Shown here in pieces: positions 18,901-28,700 of a DNA stretch of 64,000 nt. Origin of the DNA: Actinomycetes bacterium (GTDB lineage: Bacteria; Actinomycetota; Acidimicrobiia; Acidimicrobiales; Aldehydirespiratoraceae). Where the stretch lies: assembly GCA_024276355.1 (NCBI GenBank), contig JAJRXJ010000177.1, positions 7-64,006 of the forward strand, given 5' to 3'. Numbering within the stretch: position 1 is the stretch's first letter; each line of letters starts with the position of its first letter. The notes beneath the pieces were generated by a model. That model was not told the DNA's origin and ran no database searches. It saw only the letters and a program-made list of their open reading frames with translations. A program made the position numbers and the translations under genes.

Positions 18901-20309
18901 CCGCTTCGTTTGCGTTCGACGACGATTCGTCCACAGCATGGACTGGAGTCTTCGGACCACAGGCTGGCCAGTGGATCTCACTGAGAAGCGGGCAACCAAT
19001 GGATGTTCGGGGCATCGACATGGCGATCGTGACCGACTCATTCCATTCGGTGCCCACCATCTTGAACGTCACCGCTGATGGCGTCGATCTCGGTAACTAC
19101 GCAACCGGGTTGAAGAATGTCACGCAGCCGCGTGGCACCATCGCGACCATCAGGATTCCGGTTGAGGTTTCAACCGCGCGGGAGATCACCATCACAGCTG
19201 TCGAGGTGGACGAGCGCCTCACCATCGACTGGTACAGCCATGTCAATCACGCCATGCCCATCTCGATAGCCGAGATCGGCACCGCTCCCGGTGTGGCCTT
19301 CTCCCCGCCTTCCGGCGTTGAGACGGGGTGCCGATCCGACCTGATCTCGATCTCCGGAGATCCGGTTCCGGTCCGGGTGGTTGGTTCAGCTGCCGACGCC
19401 GTGGCCAGAAAGCGACTCGACCTGATCGGTTGTTCGGTCGCAACTGCCGGCAGGGAAATGGTGGTGTCGACCTCACGAGGGATGGACACCGGAATCGATC
19501 TCGATCAGGTGGTGCTCAGGAGCCCACGAGACATCCCGCAACCACCACCTCCGACACCGCCCGACGTGGTCCGGCACTCCGACACCGCGTTCACCGTGTC
19601 CGTCCCCGCCTCACCGTTGTCACGGTGGTTGATTCTCGGTCAGAGTCGCAACAACGGCTGGCATGCTTCCATCGACGGCGTCGATCTGGGCCCCCCGATC
19701 ACGATCGATGGCTTCGCCAACGGATGGTTGATTCCCGGAGGCGACGATGTCAAGGTCGAGCTGAGGTGGACCCCACAGGATCTCGTCCGCTGGACCTTGG
19801 GAATCTCGCTTCTGACCGCTCTGGTGGCGATCGTTCTGGTGTGGAAAGGTCGGCCACATCAGTTCGAGGTGTCGCCGGATCGTGGGGCCGGCATCGACGG
19901 TGGGCCGCTTCCCGAGATCGGGCCGTTGCCGCTCTTGCAACCCTCGAGAGGCTCGGCACGTGCCTGGCGAAGCGCCATCCCAGCAGCGATCGGGGTCGGG
20001 CTGTTCAGCCTTGTCAACCTGCCACAGTGGCCCCTCGCCGCGGTGGTTGTCGGCCTCATTGTGCTGGCCGGGCTTCGACACCCCAGAGTCGGCGCACTGG
20101 CGGCCGCCCTATCGGCAATGTCGCTCGGCTTGGCGTCCCTCTACATCATGATCCAGCAACGACGCTTCCGGTACCCACCGGTCTTTGTCTGGCCGCAACA
20201 GTTCGAGCGGGTTCACATTCTGGGAGTGCTCGCCATCTTGTTGATCGCCGCTGAGTATGTGCGATCGGCCACCGCGCCTTCGGGCGGCGCCGACGATGAG
20301 GGAGCCTAG
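15948..20309 (+). CDS. large GT-C membrane glycosyltransferase, AftD/DUF3367-like, with discoidin (F5/8 type C) modules
   Basis: The protein is 1453 aa. 'DTKTYLYLDPAKWMSRSISLWDSDVALGTVTHQTIGYLWPMGPFYWV' resembles the N-terminus of mycobacterial AftD-type alpha-(1->3)-arabinofuranosyltransferases. About 12 N-terminal TM helices and about 4 C-terminal TM helices flank a large extracytoplasmic region containing 'AVDGDPTTAWV' and 'AFDDDSSTAWT' (discoidin/CBM-like). The start is TTG 15948 or ATG 16005. Confidence 0.75.
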   Translation: MRPGVRALRGVTSVENRPRMVVVIAALIAFLPIVASSPGRVGADTKTYLYLDPAKWMSRSISLWDSDVALGTVTHQTIGYLWPMGPFYWVLDQLGSPDWLAQRLWLATILFMAGLGVKFLLDTLEWQGPGLLVAMLAYELSPYLLDYSARISVILLPFAGLPWLIALTIRSARTGGWRHPALFALVAVTIGSVNATSLLLVGMAPFLWLVHVTFVERTVPLAQSARAALRIGVMSVGVSLWWMAGLVLQGGYSLPVTRYTETYRVVAEASTAPEILRGLGYWFFYGNDQYGPWIKPSVDYTQGVWLLFVSFGLVVLALLAAALVRWRHRSYFLLLLVVGSLVGVGAHPFHSPSFLGRVFSDFTRTDAGLALRSTPRAVPLVVLSTAVLLGSLLNAIHRRWPGWARPFGALVLAAVVLNNPAMWKVRMIEEHLNRPENIPEYWLQAIDRLDQLPHSSRVLEVPGSDFASYRWGNTVDPITPGLMDRPYVARELVPFGSAQSAALLTAFDRRFQENSLDPRSVVPITRLMSVGDVVHRADLTFERFRTPRPVPTGALLNGVPGLDPPETFGEPVPNTPIPELPMLDEVFLGTDPSTPDPSPVTRYGVPDPLPIVRTGSTQSPVIIVGDAEGLVDAAGAGLIDPDRPVFYAADLLPNEAAYDLALAEPASIVITDSNRKRARRWGTLRENVGYTERSGETPLTFDPTDNRLDKFPDLASVEGLDIDDTKTVSVHVGEMTASASAYGNPVTYTNDDRAVFAVDGDPTTAWVVAAFAEPRGEFLRLSYPVSKSIDQITLTQTLADTNRHVTEVAVVADGQEVGRYRLTAESREPAGQTLHLPATTSASNWDIVVTDTDLSRRATYPGVSPVGFAEVRMGRDPAPVIEQIRTPVAFIGSLGADLQRHDLSVVLTRERSDPAEPVRSDPERSMLRVVPIPETRTFTVEGSARLSAYASEQTIDSLLGRSSDHNGVLLQAWSSGRLPGDLGSAASFAFDDDSSTAWTGVFGPQAGQWISLRSGQPMDVRGIDMAIVTDSFHSVPTILNVTADGVDLGNYATGLKNVTQPRGTIATIRIPVEVSTAREITITAVEVDERLTIDWYSHVNHAMPISIAEIGTAPGVAFSPPSGVETGCRSDLISISGDPVPVRVVGSAADAVARKRLDLIGCSVATAGREMVVSTSRGMDTGIDLDQVVLRSPRDIPQPPPPTPPDVVRHSDTAFTVSVPASPLSRWLILGQSRNNGWHASIDGVDLGPPITIDGFANGWLIPGGDDVKVELRWTPQDLVRWTLGISLLTALVAIVLVWKGRPHQFEVSPDRGAGIDGGPLPEIGPLPLLQPSRGSARAWRSAIPAAIGVGLFSLVNLPQWPLAAVVVGLIVLAGLRHPRVGALAAALSAMSLGLASLYIMIQQRRFRYPPVFVWPQQFERVHILGVLAILLIAAEYVRSATAPSGGADDEGA

Positions 20310-20890
20310 GCGTTGGCCAGAGCGAGGGCGTGCTGAACCAACTCCAGCAGAGTTGCCTTGGTGGCGCCCCGGTCGCGTGCATCGGTGACCACCATCGGGG
20401 TGGTGCCCGGCACGGCCAATGCCTCGCGCACCTCATCGAGCGTGTATGGCATCTTCCCGAAGAAGGCGTTGACCGCCACCACGAACGGGATTCCCGAGTT
20501 CTCGAAATAGTCGATCGCCGGGAAGCAGTCCTCGAGCCTGGATGTGTCGACCAGCACCACAGCACCAATTGCCCCGCGGACAAGGTCGTCCCACATGAAG
20601 TGAAAGCGATCCTGTCCCGGTGTTCCGAACAGGTAGAGAATCAGGTCATCACCGAGCGTGATCCGCCCGAAGTCCATCGCCACGGTGGTGGTGGACTTGG
20701 CGGCCACGCCGGCGATGTCGACACCTTCACTTTTGCTCGTGAGCGAAGCCTCGGTGGTCAGCGGTTCGATCTCGCTGATCGAACCGACGAAGGTCGTCTT
20801 GCCGACCGCGTAACCGCCGGCAACCACGATCTTCACCGGAATCGGTACCGGCTTCTCGCCCCGTGTCTTCTCAGATCGCTTGAAGACCAT
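20306..20890 (-). CDS. small Ras/MglA-like GTPase (conservon CvnD-like)
   Basis: The P-loop is 'KIVVAGGYAVGKTTF', followed by 'LFGTPGQDRF' (DxxG) and 'VAVNAF' (NKxD-like). It is the last gene of a four-gene overlapped operon. Confidence 0.85.
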   Translation of the reverse strand: MVFKRSEKTRGEKPVPIPVKIVVAGGYAVGKTTFVGSISEIEPLTTEASLTSKSEGVDIAGVAAKSTTTVAMDFGRITLGDDLILYLFGTPGQDRFHFMWDDLVRGAIGAVVLVDTSRLEDCFPAIDYFENSGIPFVVAVNAFFGKMPYTLDEVREALAVPGTTPMVVTDARDRGATKATLLELVQHALALANA

Positions 20891-21239
20891 GGAGAACCCT
20901 TTCGAGGAGACGCTGATCGGGCCGGACGGCCGGGTCGGATCCGGTGGACACGCCCCGGTGCGTGTTGAGGAAACCTTCGGTGACCATGTCTCCGACCAAT
21001 ACCCGGGCCACGCCGAGGGGCATGGAGAGTCGGGCCGATATCTCGACGATCGAGATCGGTGACTCCGCCAGATCGGCGATCGGGAGCAGTTGTGTCACCA
21101 TTCGGTCGCGTGCCGCGCTCCCCCGGTCGGTGAGGACCACGATGGTCTCGAGCGCCAGTTCGGTGGTGGAACGCACGCGTCCTCCGGTGAGCGCATACGG
21201 CCTCACACGGAGGCGGTCGATCCCGGGATCGTCGCTCAT
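20871..21239 (-). CDS. DUF742 protein (conservon CvnC-like)
   Basis: 'VRPYALTGGRVRS...LETIV' and the HTH-like 'SIVEISARLSMPLGVARVLVGDMVTEGFL' are present. ATG 21239 overlaps the upstream stop (ATGA). The long Arg-rich N-terminal extension in the ORF track (to 21704) is rejected. Confidence 0.75.
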   Translation of the reverse strand: MSDDPGIDRLRVRPYALTGGRVRSTTELALETIVVLTDRGSAARDRMVTQLLPIADLAESPISIVEISARLSMPLGVARVLVGDMVTEGFLNTHRGVSTGSDPAVRPDQRLLERVLHGLQAI

Positions 21240-21670
21240 CGCGGGAGGGTGCCCTGCAGTTCGGCCCGAAGTGACGGAGTGAGAATCGGGCCGGCCTTTT
21301 CGACCAGGACGGCCATCTCGTATCCGACCAGTCCCACATCGCAGTTCGCATCGGCCACGACGGCCAGTGCCGACCCATCGCTGATCCCAGTGACGAAGAG
21401 GAAGGCGTGCTCCATCTCCACGATCACTTCGTTGACCCGGCCCCCGCCGAAGCGGCCGGCAGCCCCGTACGCCAGACCGATCAGACCTGAGGCCACAGCG
21501 GCAAAGCGATCGGCTGAGTCGCGGTCGAGCCCGCCGGACATGGCCATCGGTAGACCATCGGAGGAGAGGACCACCGCCTCGGACACCCCGGGAACGTGGT
21601 CGACGAAGTTGCTTACGAGCCAATTGACGTTGCTTGCGGCCGAGCTCATTTGTGGCATGGTGATCCTCAA
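21236..21670 (-). CDS. Roadblock/LC7 domain protein (conservon CvnB-like)
   Basis: The 144-aa protein contains 'VPGVSEAVVLSSDGLPMA' and 'FLFVTGISDGSALAVVADANCDVGLVGYEM', typical of Roadblock/LC7/MglB proteins. Confidence 0.8.
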   Translation of the reverse strand: MRITMPQMSSAASNVNWLVSNFVDHVPGVSEAVVLSSDGLPMAMSGGLDRDSADRFAAVASGLIGLAYGAAGRFGGGRVNEVIVEMEHAFLFVTGISDGSALAVVADANCDVGLVGYEMAVLVEKAGPILTPSLRAELQGTLPR

Positions 21671-24198
21671 CTCTTCCCGGTGGTCGATTGATCGCCGGGT
21701 ACATGTCCCCGTTGCAGCCCGCCCCGGTAGCGGGAAAGCATCTCTCGAATCTCCTCCGGCGACCGGCCGCTTGGCGACACGGCCTCCGGGGAGCGCCCGT
21801 TCTGGTCGAGAGGTTGATCGGCGACCGTGCTACCCGGTGTTCGACGGGTAAGTCCGGATCGGGTCATCCGATTCGCGTCGTTGCCACCGGGCCCGCGTGT
21901 CGTGTCCCCGGCGTCATCGGTCCCGTGGGCCGATGACGCGGGGCTGGTCCTTGTTCGTCGCGGGAGGGGCGGCGGCCCGGTGCCCGTCGATGGTGTGCCG
22001 ACGATCGGTGGAGGCGGCGGGAGCTTGGACACCCGCGACTTCGTCTCCGGGGTGTCGGTCAACGGGGCCTTCGACTGCCGGCGCTCCGATTGGGCGGGTT
22101 CCGATGCCAAGCCGGCGAACAGGTCGGCCCTCGGATCCGTGACCGTGGTCGACGGCGGTCTGTGGGTGTCGAACATCTCGAAGATGTCGGTATCGGCCGA
22201 CACGGGTGCCGCCGGCTCCGGGGCCATCGTCGGTTCCGGCTCGGGCTCGGGGTCGGGATCCGCGCTGACGGGAAGTTCCGGCTCATCGGGTTGCAATTCA
22301 ACCGGGGCTTCCGGTGCCCTCTCGGGGTCCACCTGCATGGAAGGCGGCATGGTGACGACAGCCGTCAAGCCGCCACCCAAGGTTGCGGTGAGGCGGACGG
22401 TCAGACCCAGTCGGTCGGCAATCTTGGCGACCACCGTGAATCCGAGCGATCGACCCATGTCGAGACCAACCACCGGTGGTCGGGCAAGGGTCCGGTTGGC
22501 TTCGGTGATTTGCTCATCGGTCATGCCGAAGCCGTGATCGGCGATCGTCAATTGGTAGGCACCGTCGGCAATCCGATGGCCCACCACATCCACGCGTGAG
22601 TCGGGCGGGGAGAACTGTGTGGCGTTCTCCATGAGTTCCGAGGCCAGGTGGGCCATGTCGACGGCGGCCGACGACGGCATGAGCGAGGGTTCGATGGACC
22701 GCAGGTCCACACGTGAGTAGTCCTCGATCTCGCTGACGGCCACCCTGAGCACCGCGTCAACCGGCACCGGCTGTCCACGACGATGGCTCGGTTCGCCTCC
22801 TGCCAGCACCAGCAGCGACTCGGCGTTCCGTCGCATTCGCGTGGCCAGATGGTCGAGCTGGAAGAGGTTGTTGAGCTGGTCAGGGTCTTCCTCGGCACGT
22901 TCCAGGCCGTCGATGAACTGGATTTGCCTGTCGAGAAGGCTCTGGTTCCGGCGAGCAAGATTGATGAACATCGTTGAGATCCCACGGTGAAGCAGCGCCG
23001 TTTGCTCCTCGGCCACCTCCACTGTCACCTTCTGGATCTCCGCTACCGCATGGGAGAGTTGGGCCACCTCGTCGCGTCCCTTGATCTCGATGCCGGCGAT
23101 TTCCGGCGCGACGATGCGTCCGCCGGTCCGCATCGACTCCACGAGGGCCGGGAGTTCCTGGTCGGACAACTGTCGGGCGCTGCGGCTCAAGCGAACCAGG
23201 GGTCGACTGATCGATCTTCCGATGAGGACAGCCATGAGGAGGGCCACGAGGCCCACAGCTCCGGCCAGAACCATGAAGTTCTTGGCGCTGTCGGTGGCAA
23301 CCGCGGCTCGGGCCGCGGCGACGGCCGAAGCGTCCTGGAGCAACTCGTCGCTGATTCCGTGGATGCCATCCACCCGTTCGAGACCGAGCTGAAGCCATCC
23401 GACGCGATCCGCCGGATCCTGACCGGCGACCAAGGGGGCCAAGTCACCGACGCTGCTGAAGGAGTTCCCGGCCACTCTCGGGACCACGCCCGAGTTGCGG
23501 AGGTCGGCGAGCATGCTCACATACTTCGGTTCACCAAGGTCCTGGAGTTCTGTGCTGGCTTCGGTGAGCGTCGCGTCAGCAGCTTGGAGCAGACCACGGG
23601 CCACGGGTGAGATCTCACCGGTACGGATCGCGTTCGATCCCACCACCGCGATCTCGGTGGAGGCATTTTGCATTTCACCGGCGAAACCCTGTACGAACAT
23701 GGCTCGGTACAGGCCCAGATCGTCGGCCTCCTGGACCAGACCATCGTTGATTCCCGCTATCGACCGGCTGAGGATCGAAAGCTCGGCCAGCAGTGTTGTG
23801 GTCGATCGGCCGCTCTGGTCACCCTGTGCGAGTCTGGCGTTGAGCAGGGATGAGAGCTCGGCCATGTCCGATCGGGTGGCCGGGTTGCGAACGTAGCGCC
23901 GAGCCGCGGTCGCGCTCTCGAGCCATTGTGACATCGCTTGACGGGTGGCGGCGGCGGGAATGCTGATGTCTGCCCCGCCACCGGCATCGATGATCATTCC
24001 CACCAAGCGCTCGTGGGCCACGGTCTGGCTCAGGTCCGACCCGGCATCGGCAAGCTGGGCCAAGCTTTCCTCGCGGGACTGCGCGGCGGCCGTATCGAGT
24101 CGATCGACGATGCCGAGGTACGCGAAGATCACCAGTGCCAACAGCGGCGTGGTGAGAAGAAGAAGCAGCTTCCCTCGCACCTTTATCCGATTGAGCAT
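21667..24198 (-). CDS. sensor histidine-kinase-like ATPase (conservon CvnA-like)
   Basis: It has an N-terminal TM helix, a large sensing region, a second TM plus HAMP ('ISRPLVRLSRSARQL'), and an HATPase_c region ('ELMENATQFSPP...DHGFGMT...GLGF'). A ~250-aa Pro/Ser/Thr-rich C-terminal tail follows. The start is ATG 24198. Confidence 0.8.
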   Translation of the reverse strand: MLNRIKVRGKLLLLLTTPLLALVIFAYLGIVDRLDTAAAQSREESLAQLADAGSDLSQTVAHERLVGMIIDAGGGADISIPAAATRQAMSQWLESATAARRYVRNPATRSDMAELSSLLNARLAQGDQSGRSTTTLLAELSILSRSIAGINDGLVQEADDLGLYRAMFVQGFAGEMQNASTEIAVVGSNAIRTGEISPVARGLLQAADATLTEASTELQDLGEPKYVSMLADLRNSGVVPRVAGNSFSSVGDLAPLVAGQDPADRVGWLQLGLERVDGIHGISDELLQDASAVAAARAAVATDSAKNFMVLAGAVGLVALLMAVLIGRSISRPLVRLSRSARQLSDQELPALVESMRTGGRIVAPEIAGIEIKGRDEVAQLSHAVAEIQKVTVEVAEEQTALLHRGISTMFINLARRNQSLLDRQIQFIDGLERAEEDPDQLNNLFQLDHLATRMRRNAESLLVLAGGEPSHRRGQPVPVDAVLRVAVSEIEDYSRVDLRSIEPSLMPSSAAVDMAHLASELMENATQFSPPDSRVDVVGHRIADGAYQLTIADHGFGMTDEQITEANRTLARPPVVGLDMGRSLGFTVVAKIADRLGLTVRLTATLGGGLTAVVTMPPSMQVDPERAPEAPVELQPDEPELPVSADPDPEPEPEPTMAPEPAAPVSADTDIFEMFDTHRPPSTTVTDPRADLFAGLASEPAQSERRQSKAPLTDTPETKSRVSKLPPPPPIVGTPSTGTGPPPLPRRTRTSPASSAHGTDDAGDTTRGPGGNDANRMTRSGLTRRTPGSTVADQPLDQNGRSPEAVSPSGRSPEEIREMLSRYRGGLQRGHVPGDQSTTGKS

Positions 24199-24315
24199 TC
24201 CAACGCACCCTCTGGTAGACCTCGCGGTGTCAACCGCGTCACGTCTTTCAGGTCGGCGCATCGCCCCTTATCTTTAGATTTCGGCCCGGGGTGCAGCGTC
24301 GGTGGGCCGGACCCG

Positions 24316-25779
24316 TCAATTGAGCGGAGCGGCGCTCGGTGTTATCGGAGCAGGAAGCGAAGTCTGGCTCATCAGATACCGGTCGACCGCGGCTGCGGCC
24401 GATCTCCCCTCGGCGATGGCCCAGACGATGAGGCTCTGACCGCGACCCATGTCGCCGCACACGAATACGTCTTCGGCGGCCGTCGCCCAGGTCTCGCCTC
24501 GGTTGGCTGAGCCCCTCTCACTGAGCTCAATGCCGAACTGGGACAGGAGAGGACCATGCTCTGGGCCCGTGAAGCCCAAGGCGAGTAGCACCAATTGCGA
24601 AGGGAACGTGCGCTCAGTGCCGGGGACCGGATCGAAGATCATCCGACCATCCCGTATCGACTGGACCACCTTGACGGTGCGCAGGCTGGCCACGCGTCCT
24701 GTCGGGTCCCCAATGAACTCGACGGTGTTGATGGCGAACTCTCGGTGTCCCCCCTCCTCGTGAGCTGAACTCACCCGGTGAATCATCGGCCAGGTCGGCC
24801 ATGGGTTCGAAGGGAGTCGGGAGTCGGCGGGGCGGGGCATTATCTCGAACTGGTGAACCGAGCGCGCCCCCTGACGCAGGGCGGTCCCCAGGCAGTCGGC
24901 TCCGGTGTCTCCTCCGCCGATTATGACCACGTCGAGTCCGGCGGCCGAGATCACCGGTGATTCGATGTCTCCCTCCTGCACCCTGTTGGACTGGGGGAGG
25001 TATTCCATGGCCTGGTGTATCCCGTCGAGATCACGGCCGGGGATCGACAGATCGCGTGGCTGGGTGGCTCCGCAGGCGAGGACAATGGCGTCGTGTGATG
25101 CCCGCAGTTCGTCGGCGCTGACATCGACTCCAACGGTCGAGTTGACGACGAACGTGGTTCCCTCTGCCCTCATCTGCTCGATTCGACGGTCGATGTGATG
25201 CTTTTCCATCTTGAACTCGGGTATTCCGTAGCGCAACAGGCCTCCGATGCGGTCGGCCCGCTCGTGGACGACGACGTCGTGGCCGGCGCGCGTGAGTTGC
25301 TGTGCGGCGGCCAGACCGGCAGGCCCCGATCCGACCACAGCCACGCTTTTCCCGGTCGACTCCCGGGCGGGGATCGGCACTATCCAGCCCTCGGACCAGC
25401 CCCGGTCGACGATCGAAACCTCGATCTGCTTGATGGTGACCGCCGGCTCGTGGATCCCCAACACACACGCTGCTTCGCAAGGAGCCGGACACAGCCGTCC
25501 AGTGAACTCGGGGAAGTTGTTGGTGGCGTGAAGACGATCCACGGCCTCGCGCCAGGCGCCTTGATGCACCAGGTCGTTCCAGTCGGGGATCAGATTTCCG
25601 AGAGGACATCCGTTGTTGCAGAACGGAATGCCACAGTCCATGCAGCGGCTCGCCTGGGCCCGCAGTGAGGGCTCGGGGAACGGCTCGTAGACCTCGTGCC
25701 AATCCCTGAGACGAAGTTCCACAGGGCGGCGCCGGGGTAGCTCCCGTTGGTGCTTGATGAATCCACGCGGATCTGCCAT
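24316..25779 (-). CDS. gltD: glutamate synthase small subunit
   Basis: 'RCMDCGIPFCNNGCPLGNLIPDWN', 'VAVVGSGPAGLAAAQQL' and 'VFVCGDMGRGQSLIVWAIAEGR' are present. It lies immediately downstream of gltB. Confidence 0.9.
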   Translation of the reverse strand: MADPRGFIKHQRELPRRRPVELRLRDWHEVYEPFPEPSLRAQASRCMDCGIPFCNNGCPLGNLIPDWNDLVHQGAWREAVDRLHATNNFPEFTGRLCPAPCEAACVLGIHEPAVTIKQIEVSIVDRGWSEGWIVPIPARESTGKSVAVVGSGPAGLAAAQQLTRAGHDVVVHERADRIGGLLRYGIPEFKMEKHHIDRRIEQMRAEGTTFVVNSTVGVDVSADELRASHDAIVLACGATQPRDLSIPGRDLDGIHQAMEYLPQSNRVQEGDIESPVISAAGLDVVIIGGGDTGADCLGTALRQGARSVHQFEIMPRPADSRLPSNPWPTWPMIHRVSSAHEEGGHREFAINTVEFIGDPTGRVASLRTVKVVQSIRDGRMIFDPVPGTERTFPSQLVLLALGFTGPEHGPLLSQFGIELSERGSANRGETWATAAEDVFVCGDMGRGQSLIVWAIAEGRSAAAAVDRYLMSQTSLPAPITPSAAPLN

Positions 25780-25788
25780 TGCAGTGCC

Positions 25789-28700
25789 TCAACCCCTCGA
25801 TGCGGCCATGACGGCCTCGGTCTCGTCGGTCCCGGATGCCCGAGCTGCTGCTGCGGCCTCGGTGACCCGCTTGAAATCGATGGGCATCACCTTGACGAAC
25901 TCCCTCGACGTGGTGCCCCAATCCGACAGGATCCGGGCGGCCACCTCGCTGGCTGTTTCGTGGCGGTGCTTCTCGACTCGGTCACGGAGCCATTCGAGAT
26001 CCGACTCCGAGAGTTCTTCGAGTTCGACCATTTCGGCGTTGAGACGGTCGCTCAATTGGTCGTGGGGGTCGTGGACGTAGGCGATCCCACCCGACATCCC
26101 AGCCGCGAAGTTGCGTCCGGTGGGCCCGAGTATCACCGCGCGCCCACCGGTCATGTACTCGCATCCGTGATCGCCGATCCCCTCGACGACCGCGATGGCC
26201 CCCGAGTTGCGTACGCAGAACCGCTCCCCCACGATTCCCCGGAAATAGGCCTCGCCGGAGGTGGCCCCATAAAGGATGACGTTCCCGGCGATCACGTTCT
26301 CCTCCGCCTTGAACCGCGCTGATGCCGGCGGCCTCACGACTATTCGACCTCCGGAGAGACCCTTGCCGACGTAGTCGTTGGCGTCGCCCTCGAGGCGCAG
26401 AGTGATTCCCCGCGGCACGAAGGCTCCGAGGCTGTTGCCGGCAGACCCCGTGAGGTTGACCACGATCGTGTCGGTCGGTAGCCCCTCGGCTCCGTAACGG
26501 GAGGTCACCTCGAAGCCGAGCATCGTCCCGACCGTACGGTTGACGTTGCGTACCGGTATGTCGATCGTCACCGGACGCCGGTCTCTGATCGATCCCTCGG
26601 CCAATTGGATGAGGGTCTGATCGAGCGCGACCTCAAGGTTGTGGTCCTGTTGACGGTGTTGGTGTCGGCGGCCCTCCTTGGCGATCTCGGGAAGGTGAAG
26701 GATGGGTGCGAGGTCGAGGCCCGATGCCTTCCAATGATCAACGGCACCAGACACATCGAGAGCCTCGACGCAGCCGACCGCCTCATCGAGCCGTCTGAAG
26801 CCGAGCTCGGCCATCAGCTCACGAACTTCTTCCGCGATGAACTCGAAGAAGGTGGTGACGAATTCGGGCGATCCGGTGAAGTTCTTCCGCAACTCGGGGT
26901 TTTGAGTTGCGATGCCAACCGGGCAGGTGTCGAGGTGACACACCCGCATCATCACGCAGCCCATCACCACCAGTGGAGCGGTGGCGAAGCCGAACTCCTC
27001 GGCACCGAGAAGCGCGGCGATCATCACATCTCGACCGGTCTTGAGTTGGCCGTCGGTCTGCACGACTATGCGATCGCGAAGATCGTTGAGCAGCAGCGTC
27101 TGTTGGGTCTCGGCCAGACCGAGTTCCCAAGGAGCGCCGGCGTGCTTGATCGATGTGAGAGGAGCGGCGCCGGTGCCGCCGTCGTGGCCCGAGATGAGGA
27201 CCACATCGGCGTGGGCCTTCGCCACCCCGGCCGCCACTGTGCCCACGCCCAGCTCGGCCACCAGCTTCACGTGGATTCTGGCCCTGGGGTTGGCGTTCTT
27301 CAGGTCGTGGATCAGCTGAGCGAGATCCTCGATCGAGTAGATGTCGTGGTGCGGCGGTGGGGATATGAGACCGACACCGGGTGTCGAGTTTCGTGTCTGC
27401 GCGATCCAAGGATACACCTTGTGACCGGGCAAGTGGCCGCCCTCACCGGGCTTGGCTCCCTGGGCCATCTTGATTTGGATGTCGTCGGCGTTGACCAGAT
27501 ACTCGCTGGTCACCCCGAACCTGCCTGAAGCAGCTTGCTTTATCGAACTCCGACGCAGGTCACCGTTGGCATCTGGAGTGAATCTGTCGGAGTCCTCGCC
27601 GCCCTCTCCGGTGTTGGACTTGGCGCCGAGTCGATTCATGGCGATGGCGAGAGTCTGGTGGGCCTCCCGGGAAATGGAGCCGTAGCTCATTGCCCCGGTG
27701 GAGAAGCGCTTGATGATCGAGTCGGCGGACTCCACATCCTCGAGTGGCACCGATGGACGCTCCTCTGTGCGCAGACGGAACAGCCCTCTCAGCGTTCCGA
27801 GCCGAGCCGACTGGTGATTCACCCGGTTGGTGTAGTCCTTGAAGATGTCATAGCGACGGGTCCGGGTGGCATGTTGCAGCTTGTAGACGGTCTCCGGGTT
27901 GAACAGGTGGTACTCACCTTCGCGCCGCCACTGGTATTCGCCTCCGACCTCGAGTGTGCGATGGGCCAGCGCCGAAGGGTTGATGGGGTGGGCCTCCGAC
28001 CTTCTGGCGGCCACCTCGGCAGCGATCACGTCGAGGCCCACTCCCCCGAGACGGCTGGCGGTTCCGGTGAAGTAGCTGTCGATCACCTCTTGGGAGATCC
28101 CGATGGCCTCGAATATCTGTGCACCCGTGTAGGAGGCCACGGTGGAGATTCCCATTTTCGACATCACCTTGAGGATTCCGCTGCCGGCGGCTGCCATGTA
28201 GTTGGCCCGGTATCGCTCACTGGGAAGGGTGGTGTCGAGCCCGTGTTCGCCGCGGGCGGCCATGTCGTCAATCGCCGCGAAAGCCATGTATGGATTGATA
28301 GCGTTGGCGCCGTAGCCAAGCAGCAGGGACAGGTGATGGCATTCTCGGGTGTCGCCGCACTCGGCCACCAGCCCCACCCTGGCCCGGGTCTTGTTGGCCA
28401 CCAGGTGGTGGTGAACCGCTGCGGTGGCGAGCAGGGACGGAACCGGGGCGTACGTCGGATCCGTGACTCGATCCGAGAGGACGATCACGTTGGCACCACC
28501 GGCTATCTCCGTGGAAACCCGATCACGAATCCGATCGAGGGCCTCCTCGAGGGCCGCCCCTCCCCCATCGGCGTCGAACAGTGTCGGCACGACGGCGGTC
28601 TTGAACCCGGCCGGATCCACGGACCCGTCGAGCCGAATCAGCTTGGCAAGCTGCTCGTCGGTAATGATCGGAGTGTCGAGATGTATGCTGCGACACGACT

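Noticed and set aside
21240-21704. N-terminal extension of the DUF742 ORF (20871-21704) overlapping the Roadblock gene
   Set aside because: The extension is an Arg-rich out-of-frame read of the Roadblock gene. ATG 21239 overlaps the Roadblock stop, as expected for conservon operons.
22180-22300. Short GGCTC/GGGTC periodic tract
   Set aside because: It is the coding sequence for the 'PDPEPEPEPT' segment of the CvnA-like kinase tail, not an independent repeat element.
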